DNA of 64,000 nucleotides from an uncultured virus (IMG/VR IMGVR_UViG_3300037343_000250) (Duplodnaviria > Heunggongvirae > Uroviricota > Caudoviricetes), in the IMG/VR virus record IMGVR_UViG_3300037343_000250, positions 1 through 64,000 of that record. One strand, given 5' to 3'. The notes under the pieces are model-generated. The model ran no database searches. It had not been told where the DNA came from and was given only the letters and a program-made list of their open reading frames with translations. The position numbers and the translations under genes were made by a program. Positions 27,457-37,560 of the stretch are shown here, one piece after another. The number at the start of each line of letters is the position of its first letter. Within the stretch, counting starts at the first letter, position 1.

Positions 27457-27566
27457 TATTAGGTATGCAAAAAATGCATGTTAGATATGCTATAATAAAT
27501 TACAATTTACTCTCTTTTTAGTGTAATGTAGATATAAATAAGTACATCAATAAGATAGGAAATGAC

Positions 27567-27716
27567 ATGAGGTTTTTAAGAAATATTTTTGGATACAATA
27601 GTGTATCCATTGACATTAATATAATGAGATGGGCAAAAACAGAGTATAAAAAAGACTATCTGTTTGCTTACTATGAAATTACAAATGGTAGAATTCCATT
27701 TACTGGTATTATATAA
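27567..27716 (+). CDS. small hypothetical protein, 49 aa
   Basis: late promoter and AGGA SD; manual translation MRFLRNIFG...WAKTEY. Confidence 0.55.
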   Translation: MRFLRNIFGYNSVSIDINIMRWAKTEYKKDYLFAYYEITNGRIPFTGII

Positions 27717-27886
27717 TGAAAAACACAATCAAATGGCTTCGTGACTTTATTTTCAAATCCCATGACGATGAGTATAATTATTTGGCATCATCAGAAAACC
27801 TTGAAGAATTAGAAAGAAGGCAGCGTCTTTTGTCGAAAGGTGATGCACCGATACAGAAGTATAATAGGTTTCTTGCCAAAATATAA
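27716..27886 (+). CDS. small hypothetical protein, 56 aa (DUF3563-like)
   Basis: TAATG coupling; YLASSENLEELERRQR motif. Confidence 0.55.
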   Translation: MKNTIKWLRDFIFKSHDDEYNYLASSENLEELERRQRLLSKGDAPIQKYNRFLAKI

Positions 27887-27904
27887 AAATCAAATCGAGA
27901 ACTG

Positions 27905-27930
27905 AAAAGGGGGCATCGCGCCCCCTTTTT
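27905..27930. terminator. bidirectional-type terminator
   Basis: A-run, G-run stem, C-run, T-run. Confidence 0.7.
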
Positions 27931-28000
27931 GTATAAATAGATTAAAGTGCAATTTGCGCTATCATAAATACACATATTATCTTATTCAGAGGAAATCGAA

Positions 28001-30085
28001 ATGGCTGATGATGACACAAAAAAGACAAATAAAAAAGACAATTCCAAAACTCATGACAGCAAAAAATATATTGAGACTGAGCCTACAATGAACGAAGAAG
28101 AAATGGATATTTACCTTGAAGGGTTAGATGATGATGATTTGTTATCACATTTCGATTCGTTAGATGAGGCCCCTTTGAATATTGCACAAAGAAGAAAACG
28201 TGCTATGATCATGCGTAAATTCAAAAGTAAAATTGTAGCTGCAAGGGCGCGTTCAAAGAAAAGAAAAGCATCACCAGAAAAGTTGAAGCTAAGAGCTCGA
28301 AAAACTGCTCGTAATATGATACGCCAAAGGCTTATGAAAAATAAATCATATAGTGAAATGACACCTTCTGAAAAAGTGGCACTAGACAAGCGGCTGGCAA
28401 GAGTTCCCAAAGCAGCGATAGACAGAATAGCAACAAGACAACTGCCCATAGTTAGGAAGGCGGAAGTCGAAAGATTGTCAAAATTAAGATCAACCAAGAA
28501 AGAATCTTTAGACAATCGGTTCGAAGACTTTCTATATGAGGCTTCTTTAGCAGACACAAACATCAAAAAAAGATATCACATGGCACTTGAAAAAGACAAC
28601 TCTGTAAAATTTGATAACAGATTTAAGATTTTCAGCAAAAAAAATAGCGAGCAGACTGAATCTATTGCGGAATCAGAAAAGCTTTGCGAAATGGTTGAAG
28701 CATATGAAAATTATTTGTTTGGCGAAAGTATAGATTACCAGAATCTGGACGAACAAACGATATTGGACAAAGTTATAAGCGCAGTTCATAAACATGTCTT
28801 GAAGGGCACAAATTTGTATGACATAGCATATGAAATTAGTGGTGCAGCAGGCGTTAGCGTCGGTCCTAGAGAAATCATGAACATGTATATTAAAAAGTTT
28901 GGCGACCCAAATATAAAAGAACCAAAAGATCATTCAGCATTAAAAGGAAAATATGGTTTCAAGGAAAATAACTCCACGCCGTCACAGCGCGAATATGGCA
29001 CCGATAGTTTGGTAAGGATATTAAAAAAAGACACGCCATATCAAAATGAGTCAGCATTAAACTCTATGATACGACGTGGTATGAATGTGGCATTTGAACA
29101 GCCATCTATTATAGGACAACCGATATCAACCAAAGGCATTTTCGTAGGAACTGATGCTAAAACTGGCAGAATGCGCATACGCGAACGAGATGGTAAGTTG
29201 CATATAGTTAAGCATGAATATGTAGAAGCAATTTTAGAATCCAGAAGCGTAATGGGCCTGAAAGAATACAGCATGTCACTACCTAAAGCCAAAGACACAC
29301 TTGGCATCAAAAGAGATAAAATGCCACAAGTTTCTAGTAAGGACATGGATGATTTTAAGAATTATCTCAAATCCAATAACGTATCAATTGATAAAAAAAT
29401 TGCAGACCCATCAAAACTAATGGCATCACAAAAAGAATTTGATGCTGACAAAGTTGCTGATAAAATGGCAAAGATGAACAAATCTAATGTAGAGCCAAAA
29501 GCTATAATCATAAGCTCTGACAACTATGTGATTGATGGTCATCATAGATGGTTAGCTGCAAAGAACCTCGGCATAAAAATTCCTGCTCTTAAAGCAACGA
29601 TGAAGGCCAAAGAGTTGATAAAATTGATCAACAAGTACCCAAAAGTAAAAAATGTTGGCATAAACGAGAGCGGTCTTTATGAGGCATTTTCGGAGATTAA
29701 TGAAAACGATTCTTGTACTGTTCTGACTATGGCGCAAATGCGCGAATTTGAAAAACTGGTAGACAAACTATTTGCCAAGTTTAAAATTGATTTTGACTTC
29801 ACTAAGCATTTTAGAGAAAGAATGTCTGATGAAAGAAATTCGCCTTGTATTACTATGCGTGAATTGGCGGCTATGATTAAAAAAATATATGACTTGAACA
29901 AAGCAGATAGTAAATCATTAACAAAATTTACTGACACTGAAGCGGTCATAAAAGATATGCAATCAAATCTTAATATGCCTATTGCAGTAGAATATGATAG
30001 AAGCAAAGATGAATTGCGTGTGGTCGCTAAAACGATAATGCGCAAAAAAGACTTCCGCACCCCCAACACAATAGTAAGAGTCTAA
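28001..30085 (+). CDS. multidomain internal head protein with a ParB/Srx-like domain
   Basis: basic R/K block; IIISSDNYVIDGHHRW; many (L/I)-x-E sites between domains. Confidence 0.6.
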   Translation: MADDDTKKTNKKDNSKTHDSKKYIETEPTMNEEEMDIYLEGLDDDDLLSHFDSLDEAPLNIAQRRKRAMIMRKFKSKIVAARARSKKRKASPEKLKLRARKTARNMIRQRLMKNKSYSEMTPSEKVALDKRLARVPKAAIDRIATRQLPIVRKAEVERLSKLRSTKKESLDNRFEDFLYEASLADTNIKKRYHMALEKDNSVKFDNRFKIFSKKNSEQTESIAESEKLCEMVEAYENYLFGESIDYQNLDEQTILDKVISAVHKHVLKGTNLYDIAYEISGAAGVSVGPREIMNMYIKKFGDPNIKEPKDHSALKGKYGFKENNSTPSQREYGTDSLVRILKKDTPYQNESALNSMIRRGMNVAFEQPSIIGQPISTKGIFVGTDAKTGRMRIRERDGKLHIVKHEYVEAILESRSVMGLKEYSMSLPKAKDTLGIKRDKMPQVSSKDMDDFKNYLKSNNVSIDKKIADPSKLMASQKEFDADKVADKMAKMNKSNVEPKAIIISSDNYVIDGHHRWLAAKNLGIKIPALKATMKAKELIKLINKYPKVKNVGINESGLYEAFSEINENDSCTVLTMAQMREFEKLVDKLFAKFKIDFDFTKHFRERMSDERNSPCITMRELAAMIKKIYDLNKADSKSLTKFTDTEAVIKDMQSNLNMPIAVEYDRSKDELRVVAKTIMRKKDFRTPNTIVRV

Positions 30086-30110
30086 TTCTTACCCACAAAA
30101 GGACAATAAA

Positions 30111-30809
30111 ATGAAGACGTTTAAAGCACTAAATGAAGAACTTTATATTGAAGGCCATGAAGAGTATTTGGGCGATGATATGACACAAAAAGAACTAAAA
30201 ATTGCAATATATTCTGCTAAAAATATACTTGAAATGCTTCAAGATGGTGAAATGATTCAAAGGTGGCAAATAAGTGCTATTGTGAAAGCATCTGATGAAT
30301 TGGCATCTGTATATTCAAGCATGAGCGCAGACATGGATGATGATATGGATGATGATATGGATTACGAATATGAAGATGAATATTACCAAGACGAACCAAC
30401 GTATAGTCAATATGGATATAACATGTATGGTGAAAATAAAGAAACCCACAAAACAAAAGACGGCAAAACTGCCAAAAAAGGTCTTTGGTATAATATAAAT
30501 CAGCGCAAGAAAAAGGGTCTTGCACCCAAAGAAAAAGGCGACGAAGGATATCCAGAAACTTTGGATATTGACGAGGCAATAGAAGTCTCTACAAGTAGAT
30601 ACATGAAAACTCATGGCAAAGCCCCAAGAGATTCTGGTGGTTCTGGCACTTATATGTTTACCGCAAAAAAGACGGGTGAGGTAGATATAAATAATAAAAA
30701 AGAAGTTCACCAAGCATACGGTACATTTGCGGGTGCAAAACAATCTGCAAAAAAATGGGCAAAAGAAAATGGATATGACTCCGTTTATGTCTTAGAAAAT
30801 AAACTGTAA
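30111..30809 (+). CDS. probable internal head protein
   Basis: MKTFKALNEE capsid-targeting-like N-terminus; IDE and VLE sites. Confidence 0.6.
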   Translation: MKTFKALNEELYIEGHEEYLGDDMTQKELKIAIYSAKNILEMLQDGEMIQRWQISAIVKASDELASVYSSMSADMDDDMDDDMDYEYEDEYYQDEPTYSQYGYNMYGENKETHKTKDGKTAKKGLWYNINQRKKKGLAPKEKGDEGYPETLDIDEAIEVSTSRYMKTHGKAPRDSGGSGTYMFTAKKTGEVDINNKKEVHQAYGTFAGAKQSAKKWAKENGYDSVYVLENKL

Positions 30810-30810
30810 A

Positions 30811-31542
30811 TTGATTGGAAGAACCCAAGTGAAAAGTTTTCAAGAACATAGAAATCAATCTGAATACATCCTTTATCTTGAAGCTATTGAATTGTACGAA
30901 AGTAATATACTAAACGAGTTTATTTCAGGAATCGCTGGGAACCTCAAAAAGTATTACGACTTTATTAAGGATATAGCACAACAGGTTAAGGTCGGAATTA
31001 AAGACATTGCTGCCATGTTAAAGAACAAGAAGATTTTTGAATTTTTTCAAAAAATAAAATTTTCAATGGTAAATATATTTTCTAAGGTTAAACTTGGGTT
31101 CAAATACTATAAAGAATTGCGTTCAGCTATTTCTGAATATCTTTCGTCTACAAAAGTTGTTAAGTGGACAGAAGAAAAACTTCGTGGTTTAGATGCTTTT
31201 CTTTCAAAGCACCCAAAGACAAAAAGATTAGCAGGCGTTGCGGTTGGTGCTATCTTATTATACATATGGCTGAATATGAGCTTTACAGGTGACTTTGACT
31301 ATGACTTTGATCAATCTACCCTAATTTCCGCTTTGATGGGGAATTTTACTTTATCAGATATATTTTCAGGGCCTGAAGGCATAAAACTCATTACACTTTT
31401 TGTAACTGGTACTTTATTTAGTTTTCCTTGGCCTGGACCTCAAGCGGCACTGTTTTCATTGTCACTACTATATGGACTGTCTAAAACTGTTGGGTTGCGC
31501 GATCTTGCGATGAAATTCAAACAAAATATGAGCAGAAAATAA
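30811..31542 (+). CDS. hydrophobic protein, possibly a virion protein (start may be GTG 30829)
   Basis: (M)KSFQEH N-terminus; C-terminal hydrophobic helices. Confidence 0.6.
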   Translation: MIGRTQVKSFQEHRNQSEYILYLEAIELYESNILNEFISGIAGNLKKYYDFIKDIAQQVKVGIKDIAAMLKNKKIFEFFQKIKFSMVNIFSKVKLGFKYYKELRSAISEYLSSTKVVKWTEEKLRGLDAFLSKHPKTKRLAGVAVGAILLYIWLNMSFTGDFDYDFDQSTLISALMGNFTLSDIFSGPEGIKLITLFVTGTLFSFPWPGPQAALFSLSLLYGLSKTVGLRDLAMKFKQNMSRK

Positions 31543-31635
31543 AGCATTTGGATAAACACCAAATGCTTTTTCTTATAAATACAAGTGACATAATTAAATA
31601 AATTGCAATAGTCCAGTTAACAAAAAGAGGCTCAA

Positions 31636-32217
31636 ATGATAAAAGAATTACTCATTCAAATTATGAAAGAATTCGCTCCAACTACTATTGTAGAAAAAAA
31701 CGAATTACAAGAAGCCGTGGAAATACTTGCGGAAGCTGACTTTAGTAAATCGCATCTGGAGATGCTTAAAACAGCATATGCTGGTATTAAAAAAATTGAC
31801 CCTGATAGTGAAGCATATAAAAAGATGATAAAAATGCTTGATGCCATGTCAGATAAGCAAATTGCTACTGTAGCAAAATCAGATATAAATTTTCTTAGTC
31901 TATTAGCAAAAAATAGGGTGATCCGTCGGGGATTGAAAAAAGAAAGCTTATCGGAAGATTCTAAATATACCGTAAACCACAAAACATTTTCTTCTGCTGT
32001 TCAACATGCACAAGCACAAGCCGAAAAACAGGGATTTGAGATAGATGGTGATGAATGGGATAGAAAAGTTGCAATGGGGCCAAAAAAGCCAAGTAGTGGC
32101 AAGACTAACCGATATATAATTGATTTGATGAAAAATGGTAAAGAAGTAAATCGCAGACTTCATATGCAAGTTTATTATGATGAAGGCAGATTTGAATTGA
32201 ACATGTATATCCAATAA
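31636..32217 (+). CDS. probable late head protein
   Basis: TATAAATA upstream; LQE, LAE and LSE sites. Confidence 0.6.
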   Translation: MIKELLIQIMKEFAPTTIVEKNELQEAVEILAEADFSKSHLEMLKTAYAGIKKIDPDSEAYKKMIKMLDAMSDKQIATVAKSDINFLSLLAKNRVIRRGLKKESLSEDSKYTVNHKTFSSAVQHAQAQAEKQGFEIDGDEWDRKVAMGPKKPSSGKTNRYIIDLMKNGKEVNRRLHMQVYYDEGRFELNMYIQ

Positions 32218-32245
32218 ATAACAATAACATATAAAGGAGATTTCA

Positions 32246-32674
32246 ATGTCACTATGGGGAAAATTAAACGGTGCACCACTAACTGGAACAGTATCGTTAG
32301 CAGATGATACCACAACGGTAACTGGCACCTTAACGCTTTTTACGTCAGAACTTTCTGTCCGTAATGTAGTTGCTTTAGACACAACAGAAGATATGTATAG
32401 AGTATTATCTATTGTATCAGATACAGAAATGACAGTAGAACCTGTCGCTACCGCAGAGTATGTAGATGTTGCGGGATCTTTCAATCAAGTACCAAAATAT
32501 CTGCCACTAGACAAAGCTATCACTGCCGACCTAATATCTGTAGCAACAGCACAGACCTTAGAATCTCGCTTGATAGGCGTCAAAACACCCGGTTGGACCA
32601 CTACACAAACCTACACAGACCAAAATGGTAATACAAGACGTAGAGTTGAAACTTTAGTTGCTTTGAAGTCCTAA
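32246..32674 (+). CDS. T4-like virion structural protein
   Basis: MSLWG...TPGW....YTD.NG..R..VETLVA pattern. Confidence 0.6.
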   Translation: MSLWGKLNGAPLTGTVSLADDTTTVTGTLTLFTSELSVRNVVALDTTEDMYRVLSIVSDTEMTVEPVATAEYVDVAGSFNQVPKYLPLDKAITADLISVATAQTLESRLIGVKTPGWTTTQTYTDQNGNTRRRVETLVALKS

Positions 32675-32675
32675 T

Positions 32676-33050
32676 ATGAGATTAGATGAATCGACCTTTC
32701 TCCAATTTGCAATGAAACATTATGATAACCCACATTGTCACGACATTGCGGAATTTGAAGAAGATCTTAAAAGATTTCAGTATATTCGAAAACTTTTTAA
32801 TAGATATAATATTGATGGTGATTTGAGAGAAAGGTTGATTCTAAATCATATTATTATTATATATAACACTTTCGGAACAGGTGCTACTAATATGCTATTT
32901 TTTAAACTTGATGAGTATGCCACAAAATTAAAACCGTTTATTAATTTTTTAAATATGCTACCCGAAAAAATAGAGTATAATGGAAATGTTATATATACTA
33001 ATACAATAGAAACAGACATCACAATAGAAAAAAAATTAAAGGAGATATAA
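32676..33050 (+). CDS. conserved-type T4-like hypothetical protein
   Basis: FAMKHYDNP.C....EF.EDLKRF.YI..L..RY...ERLILNH. Confidence 0.75.
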   Translation: MRLDESTFLQFAMKHYDNPHCHDIAEFEEDLKRFQYIRKLFNRYNIDGDLRERLILNHIIIIYNTFGTGATNMLFFKLDEYATKLKPFINFLNMLPEKIEYNGNVIYTNTIETDITIEKKLKEI

Positions 33051-34031
33051 ATGTCACTTAAAGATATAATAATCGCAAGTATAGCATCTAATCCAATTGG
33101 CTTAAAAGAAGCATTCTCATTAGCTATTAATGAAAGAATTAAAACTGCATTAGAAGAAAAGAAACTCGATGCTGTAGACGCCAAAGAACTTAGCAAAGAC
33201 TTTAAAGACCGCGACGACAAAGACATTGACAATGACGGTGATGAAGATGATTCAGATGAGTATCTACATAATCGCAGAAAAACAATTGCTAAAGCAATCA
33301 AAAAAGAAAGTCTTGATGAAGCCAAAAAGTATAAAATTACAACGGATGAAACTAAAAAGTATCAACAGATGGGTGCCAACGCATTCAAATCTGGGATCAA
33401 CGCTCCTGTTCTCGACCCTGCATTGTCGGATATTTTGCGTACGGCATCACATGAATCTAAGATAGAGTTCATGAAAGCATGGCTTCGTGGTTGGAACATC
33501 GAAAATCTAAAAGAAAGTCTCGATGAAGCCAAGATGGATGATTCAGAAGTCCTAAAAGCCGCCAAGTCACTTGCTGCGAATGGCAAAGATGCAAAGTCGA
33601 AAGCATTTGGAAAAGGTCTTGTAGATTTTTATGCAAAAAATGATTCATTCACACCAGCACAAGTAGGTGGTCTGCAAAATATTATGAAAAATGCAAGCTT
33701 CCAATTTGCCAAAGAAGACTACATGTTTGAAGCCAAGATGCCTAAAACCGTGTTCGGTAGCAACGATGGATTCAGCTATGCGGTAAATTTGAATGGCGCA
33801 GATAACGAATTTTTCAAACAACCTTTTGGTCGGCAACTTGATACGCTAAAGAAAATAAAAGAATTCACTGCTAAAGCTAAAAAAGGCTCTGTAGGAGCAA
33901 AAGGAAAACCAACACTTGCTGCTGTTAAAGATTGGGTGAAAATGAATCAACCAACACAGTTTTATGCAAAGTGGAAAATGGACAGCACATCATACAAAGA
34001 TGACAGTGTGGAAATATACTACGCTGATTAA
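33051..34031 (+). CDS. prohead-core/internal head protein
   Basis: repeated KESLDEAK; DIDNDGDEDDSDEYL; N-terminus shared with ORF 35601. Confidence 0.65.
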   Translation: MSLKDIIIASIASNPIGLKEAFSLAINERIKTALEEKKLDAVDAKELSKDFKDRDDKDIDNDGDEDDSDEYLHNRRKTIAKAIKKESLDEAKKYKITTDETKKYQQMGANAFKSGINAPVLDPALSDILRTASHESKIEFMKAWLRGWNIENLKESLDEAKMDDSEVLKAAKSLAANGKDAKSKAFGKGLVDFYAKNDSFTPAQVGGLQNIMKNASFQFAKEDYMFEAKMPKTVFGSNDGFSYAVNLNGADNEFFKQPFGRQLDTLKKIKEFTAKAKKGSVGAKGKPTLAAVKDWVKMNQPTQFYAKWKMDSTSYKDDSVEIYYAD

Positions 34032-34035
34032 TTAT

Positions 34036-34074
34036 AATCCCGAGTTAGATATCCGTTTCATCTAACTCGGGATT
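34036..34074. terminator. strong hairpin (terminator or processing site)
   Basis: AATCCCGAGTTAGAT/ATCTAACTCGGGATT. Confidence 0.6.
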
Positions 34075-34135
34075 CATATCCTTGTGTATTGTATATCAGG
34101 GCAAAGAAACTAAAAATAAGTAGAAAGATTTTTGT

Positions 34136-34717
34136 ATGCTAGACTTATTCCTCGTATATCAGTTCATTCGGAGGCTTGCCACGCCATTTGTGGAATGGGA
34201 TGCCTATAAACTTGGCATAATTGATGAAAAAGGGGAAGTGCTTAGAAAGCGCAAAACCCTTGCAAGACGTGAAGAAAAAAATGCTTTTGGTATATATGAT
34301 GTTATGCTTCTTAACATAAAAAAGCTATTAGAAAAAATCCCAGGTGGAAGCACAAGGCTTGGTTCTTATGCAGCTGCACTATATTTAATTCGTGAGTGGA
34401 ATCATTTTTCAGACAACACAATGCTGACCGAAGATGTTACAGATAACGAATTAAACTTCGAAGATTTATCTATGTACGTCAATAATATCATAAAAGAAAA
34501 TAATGTCAATATCAAAGATGATATCAATTCTCTTTTTGAAAAAGCATTTGATGAAGATGCGCCAACTATGAATGTCGGCTCTGGTAATATTGCTGGGATG
34601 GGTGTTGGGCCGCAAGGTGAAGTTGGTTTCACACCATCGCAAGTGAGAAAATACAAAAAAAGTAATCAAAAGACCAAAAAATTCAGAGATATGATTACAG
34701 ACATCAGAAATGCATAA
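34136..34717 (+). CDS. conserved-type T4-like late protein
   Basis: YQFIRRL.TPF..WDAYKLGIIDEKG. Confidence 0.7.
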   Translation: MLDLFLVYQFIRRLATPFVEWDAYKLGIIDEKGEVLRKRKTLARREEKNAFGIYDVMLLNIKKLLEKIPGGSTRLGSYAAALYLIREWNHFSDNTMLTEDVTDNELNFEDLSMYVNNIIKENNVNIKDDINSLFEKAFDEDAPTMNVGSGNIAGMGVGPQGEVGFTPSQVRKYKKSNQKTKKFRDMITDIRNA

Positions 34718-34735
34718 ATTCTAAAGGAAATAGGC

Positions 34736-35599
34736 ATGATAACATTACAAAATTTTAGACAGATGATTCCAAGTAACAAAGAACCAGATGCTTGGTATGC
34801 GATAGCGATGAGATTCTTTGAGAAGTACCAAATTAATACACAAAATAGAATAGCTGGGTTTATGGCACAGTGCGCACACGAATCTAATGATTTTCGTGCA
34901 CTTGAAGAAAACTTGAATTATAGCGAGGATGCTCTTAATCGTGTGTTTGGTAGGTATTTTGGTGCAGGAAAAAGAAATGCCGCTGAATATGCCAGAAACC
35001 CACAAAAAATTGCTAACTATGTGTACATGGATGAATTTAGATCTAAAAAAGGTGCGCTAGGTAATACTGTAGCTGGTGATGGCTGGCGATTTAGAGGCGG
35101 CGGAATCAAACAACTTACTGGAAGAAGCAACTTCACGGTATTTGCAAATTTTATGAAAATGAGTCCTGAGCAAGCGGCTGATTATGTCAGAACTAAAGAA
35201 GGTGCGTTCGAGTCTGCTTGTTGGTTTTGGGAAACTAACAATATTTCAGGCTTCGCTGATAGAGACGACATTAATGGAATGTCAAGAAGAATTAATGGCG
35301 GTGACATAGGCATTGATGACAGACGTAGAAGATATATTTCTGCAAAATCCATCATAGGCAACGTTGATACCAAATCTGCAATAGGGGCTGCGACTTCCAC
35401 ATCGAGTGATATTACCTTAAAAATAGGATCAAATAGTAACTTGGTAAAAGAAGTGCAAACTGCATTGAAGCTCAATGCCGATGGTTCTTTTGGGCCATTA
35501 ACAGAATCAGCAGTCAAATCTTGGCAAAGAATAAATAGATTCATAGCTAATGGTGTTATAGACCAAAAGCAGATAAATAAACTTTTAAGGAGAAACTAA
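34736..35599 (+). CDS. GH19-family endolysin with C-terminal peptidoglycan-binding domain
   Basis: FMAQCAHES, LEENLNYS, GDGWRFRGGG..QLTGR.N, INGG; ADGSFGPLTESAVK.WQ. Confidence 0.9.
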   Translation: MITLQNFRQMIPSNKEPDAWYAIAMRFFEKYQINTQNRIAGFMAQCAHESNDFRALEENLNYSEDALNRVFGRYFGAGKRNAAEYARNPQKIANYVYMDEFRSKKGALGNTVAGDGWRFRGGGIKQLTGRSNFTVFANFMKMSPEQAADYVRTKEGAFESACWFWETNNISGFADRDDINGMSRRINGGDIGIDDRRRRYISAKSIIGNVDTKSAIGAATSTSSDITLKIGSNSNLVKEVQTALKLNADGSFGPLTESAVKSWQRINRFIANGVIDQKQINKLLRRN

Positions 35600-35600
35600 T

Positions 35601-35942
35601 ATGTCACTACAGAGAATAATCAAAGAGTCAGTAGATAAAAATCCTATCGGTCTTAAAGAAGCACTTGAAAACGAACTTCGTGGCCGTATTGCTGTTGCGC
35701 TTGAAGCAAAAATGTGTGACATGGAAGATGAGGATTCATTAGATGGAGATGATGAACTAGATGAAGTTGACATGGGCCAAGCTAGATCTGTTCAAGATAG
35801 ACGTGATAGCCAATCGGTAAATCATAAGGTTACTGTTAATGGTAAAGTAGTTTCAAGTCATGGAAATGATTACTCCGATGCTACTGCTGCAGCAAAAAAA
35901 CTACAAGCGGCTGGTAAGAAAAATATAAGAATAGTGTCTTGA
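35601..35942 (+). CDS. prohead-core-like small protein
   Basis: MSL..II..S...NPIGLKEA paralogous to ORF 33051; LDE site. Confidence 0.6.
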   Translation: MSLQRIIKESVDKNPIGLKEALENELRGRIAVALEAKMCDMEDEDSLDGDDELDEVDMGQARSVQDRRDSQSVNHKVTVNGKVVSSHGNDYSDATAAAKKLQAAGKKNIRIVS

Positions 35943-35949
35943 AGGCTAA

Positions 35950-36429
35950 TTGATGAAATCTTGGATTTTCATAGGTATATTGATAGCGTTATTGAGTGGA
36001 GCTGTATACTATTATTACAACACCACTCAAACGCGCATTGAAGCGTTAACACAAGCCAATGCCACGTTGGTTGTGAACAATGGCCAATTATTAAGGGCCA
36101 ATACTGAAAATATCAATACAATTGATAAAATGGAACAAAATTTTGAAGAAGTTACTAGTAATTTTTATGCTGTCCAGAACGATTTTCAAGTTATACGAAT
36201 TGAAAATAATGAGTTGCGTGAACGTCTTGGTCGCCATGAATTAGATGCATTAGCTGCGGCAAAACCAGTATTGGTCCAAAGAACAGTCAATAATGCTTCG
36301 GCAAATGTGCTTAGGTGTTTCGAATTATTATCCGGTGTGCCATTAAATGATAAGGAAAAAAATGCTAAAAACGAGAAAGAATTTAATGTCGAATGTCCTT
36401 GGTTTTGGTCTGGTAATAATACTCCTTAG
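35950..36429 (+). CDS. inner-membrane spanin (Rz-like)
   Basis: N-terminal TM helix, coiled coil, C-terminal Cys residues; overlaps the lipoprotein gene. Confidence 0.75.
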   Translation: MMKSWIFIGILIALLSGAVYYYYNTTQTRIEALTQANATLVVNNGQLLRANTENINTIDKMEQNFEEVTSNFYAVQNDFQVIRIENNELRERLGRHELDALAAAKPVLVQRTVNNASANVLRCFELLSGVPLNDKEKNAKNEKEFNVECPWFWSGNNTP

Positions 36430-36721
36430 TGCTTGTTCAGTTGGCCCGAAAGATATTGCAGTAACACCAATTGAGATACGAACAGTTGAAGTCAGTAAAC
36501 CTAAACCTATTGTTCCTAAAGTAGACCAGCTTGGCCTTAAAAGTGTCAAATGGATTATCGTCACGCCTGAAAACATAAATCATTTGTTTGATGATATGAA
36601 TGGCGAAAAAGTTCTTTTTGCATTGACATCTGAAGGGTACGAAAATATTGCATTCAATTTATCTGATATTATGGCTATGATTAGGCAACAGCAAAAAGTA
36701 ATAGCAATTTACAAAAAGTAG
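36386..36721 (+). CDS. outer-membrane spanin lipoprotein (Rz1-like)
   Basis: lipobox LLSAC then a Pro-rich segment. Confidence 0.75.
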   Translation: MSNVLGFGLVIILLSACSVGPKDIAVTPIEIRTVEVSKPKPIVPKVDQLGLKSVKWIIVTPENINHLFDDMNGEKVLFALTSEGYENIAFNLSDIMAMIRQQQKVIAIYKK

Positions 36722-36745
36722 ATTACAAAAGGTATAAATAATCTT

Positions 36746-37033
36746 ATGGAAGATGGTAAAAAAAATTGGCTGCGGACGCATTGGAGGCCAATGATGGCAG
36801 TTGTATATATGATTATTATTCTATTTGATTTTGTCGTAGCTCCTATACTTTGGAGTTTAATTCAAGTTTGGGGTTCTGGTAGTGTTGCATTACAATGGAC
36901 TCCTCTAACATTAATAGCTGGTGGTGTCTTTCATGCTGCTATGGGCGCGGTTTTGGGAATTAGTGCTTTCACAAGAGGCCAAGAAAAGATACAAAGGATA
37001 AAGGCAGATTATGACGGGCAATCAGATGAATGA
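36746..37033 (+). CDS. putative holin
   Basis: WRP.MA..Y; TM helices; GAVLGISAFTRGQEK; inside the lysis cluster. Confidence 0.7.
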   Translation: MEDGKKNWLRTHWRPMMAVVYMIIILFDFVVAPILWSLIQVWGSGSVALQWTPLTLIAGGVFHAAMGAVLGISAFTRGQEKIQRIKADYDGQSDE

Positions 37034-37487
37034 TAATGAAACAAATTCTATCAAAACAGACATAGCCCTAATAAAAAAAGATGTTAAGCAGATTGAACGG
37101 GTGTTCCAAAAAATTGATGATGCTGTCATGCAAATGACTAACGTAATAAAAAATATAGCTGTTCAGGAAAACATTCTGCAAAATAACGAAAAAAGAATTG
37201 CGAGTCTCGAAGAAAAGTCTATGAAGAATACCCAAGGCGAACTAGATTTTCGTAAAGAATTAAATCAAAAGTTGGAAGATATGAAAAATGTATCTGACCA
37301 TGAAAGAGATAGAAGGCATAAAGAGGTTCTTGATGCCATCAATAAGTCAAACCAAAAACTAAGTGACAAGCTAGACCATCAAGATAAACGTATAAATTCT
37401 CTGGAAAACTGGAGATGGTACATACTTGGTATAGGTGCAGTCATAATTTTTATCTTGTCAAAATTTCCTTTTTCATCATTTTTCTAG
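37026..37487 (+). CDS. coiled-coil protein with C-terminal TM helix
   Basis: heptad pattern; RINSLENWRWYILG. Confidence 0.7.
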   Translation: MNDNETNSIKTDIALIKKDVKQIERVFQKIDDAVMQMTNVIKNIAVQENILQNNEKRIASLEEKSMKNTQGELDFRKELNQKLEDMKNVSDHERDRRHKEVLDAINKSNQKLSDKLDHQDKRINSLENWRWYILGIGAVIIFILSKFPFSSFF

Positions 37488-37560
37488 TTGACAAGTGCTT
37501 GCACTATGTATATAATCAATGTTATATTGAATGATATAGTAAGTAAGAGATAAAATAAAC

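Noticed and set aside
30330..30362. GATGATATG tandem repeat
   Set aside because: It encodes a low-complexity DMDDDMDDDMD linker within a CDS.
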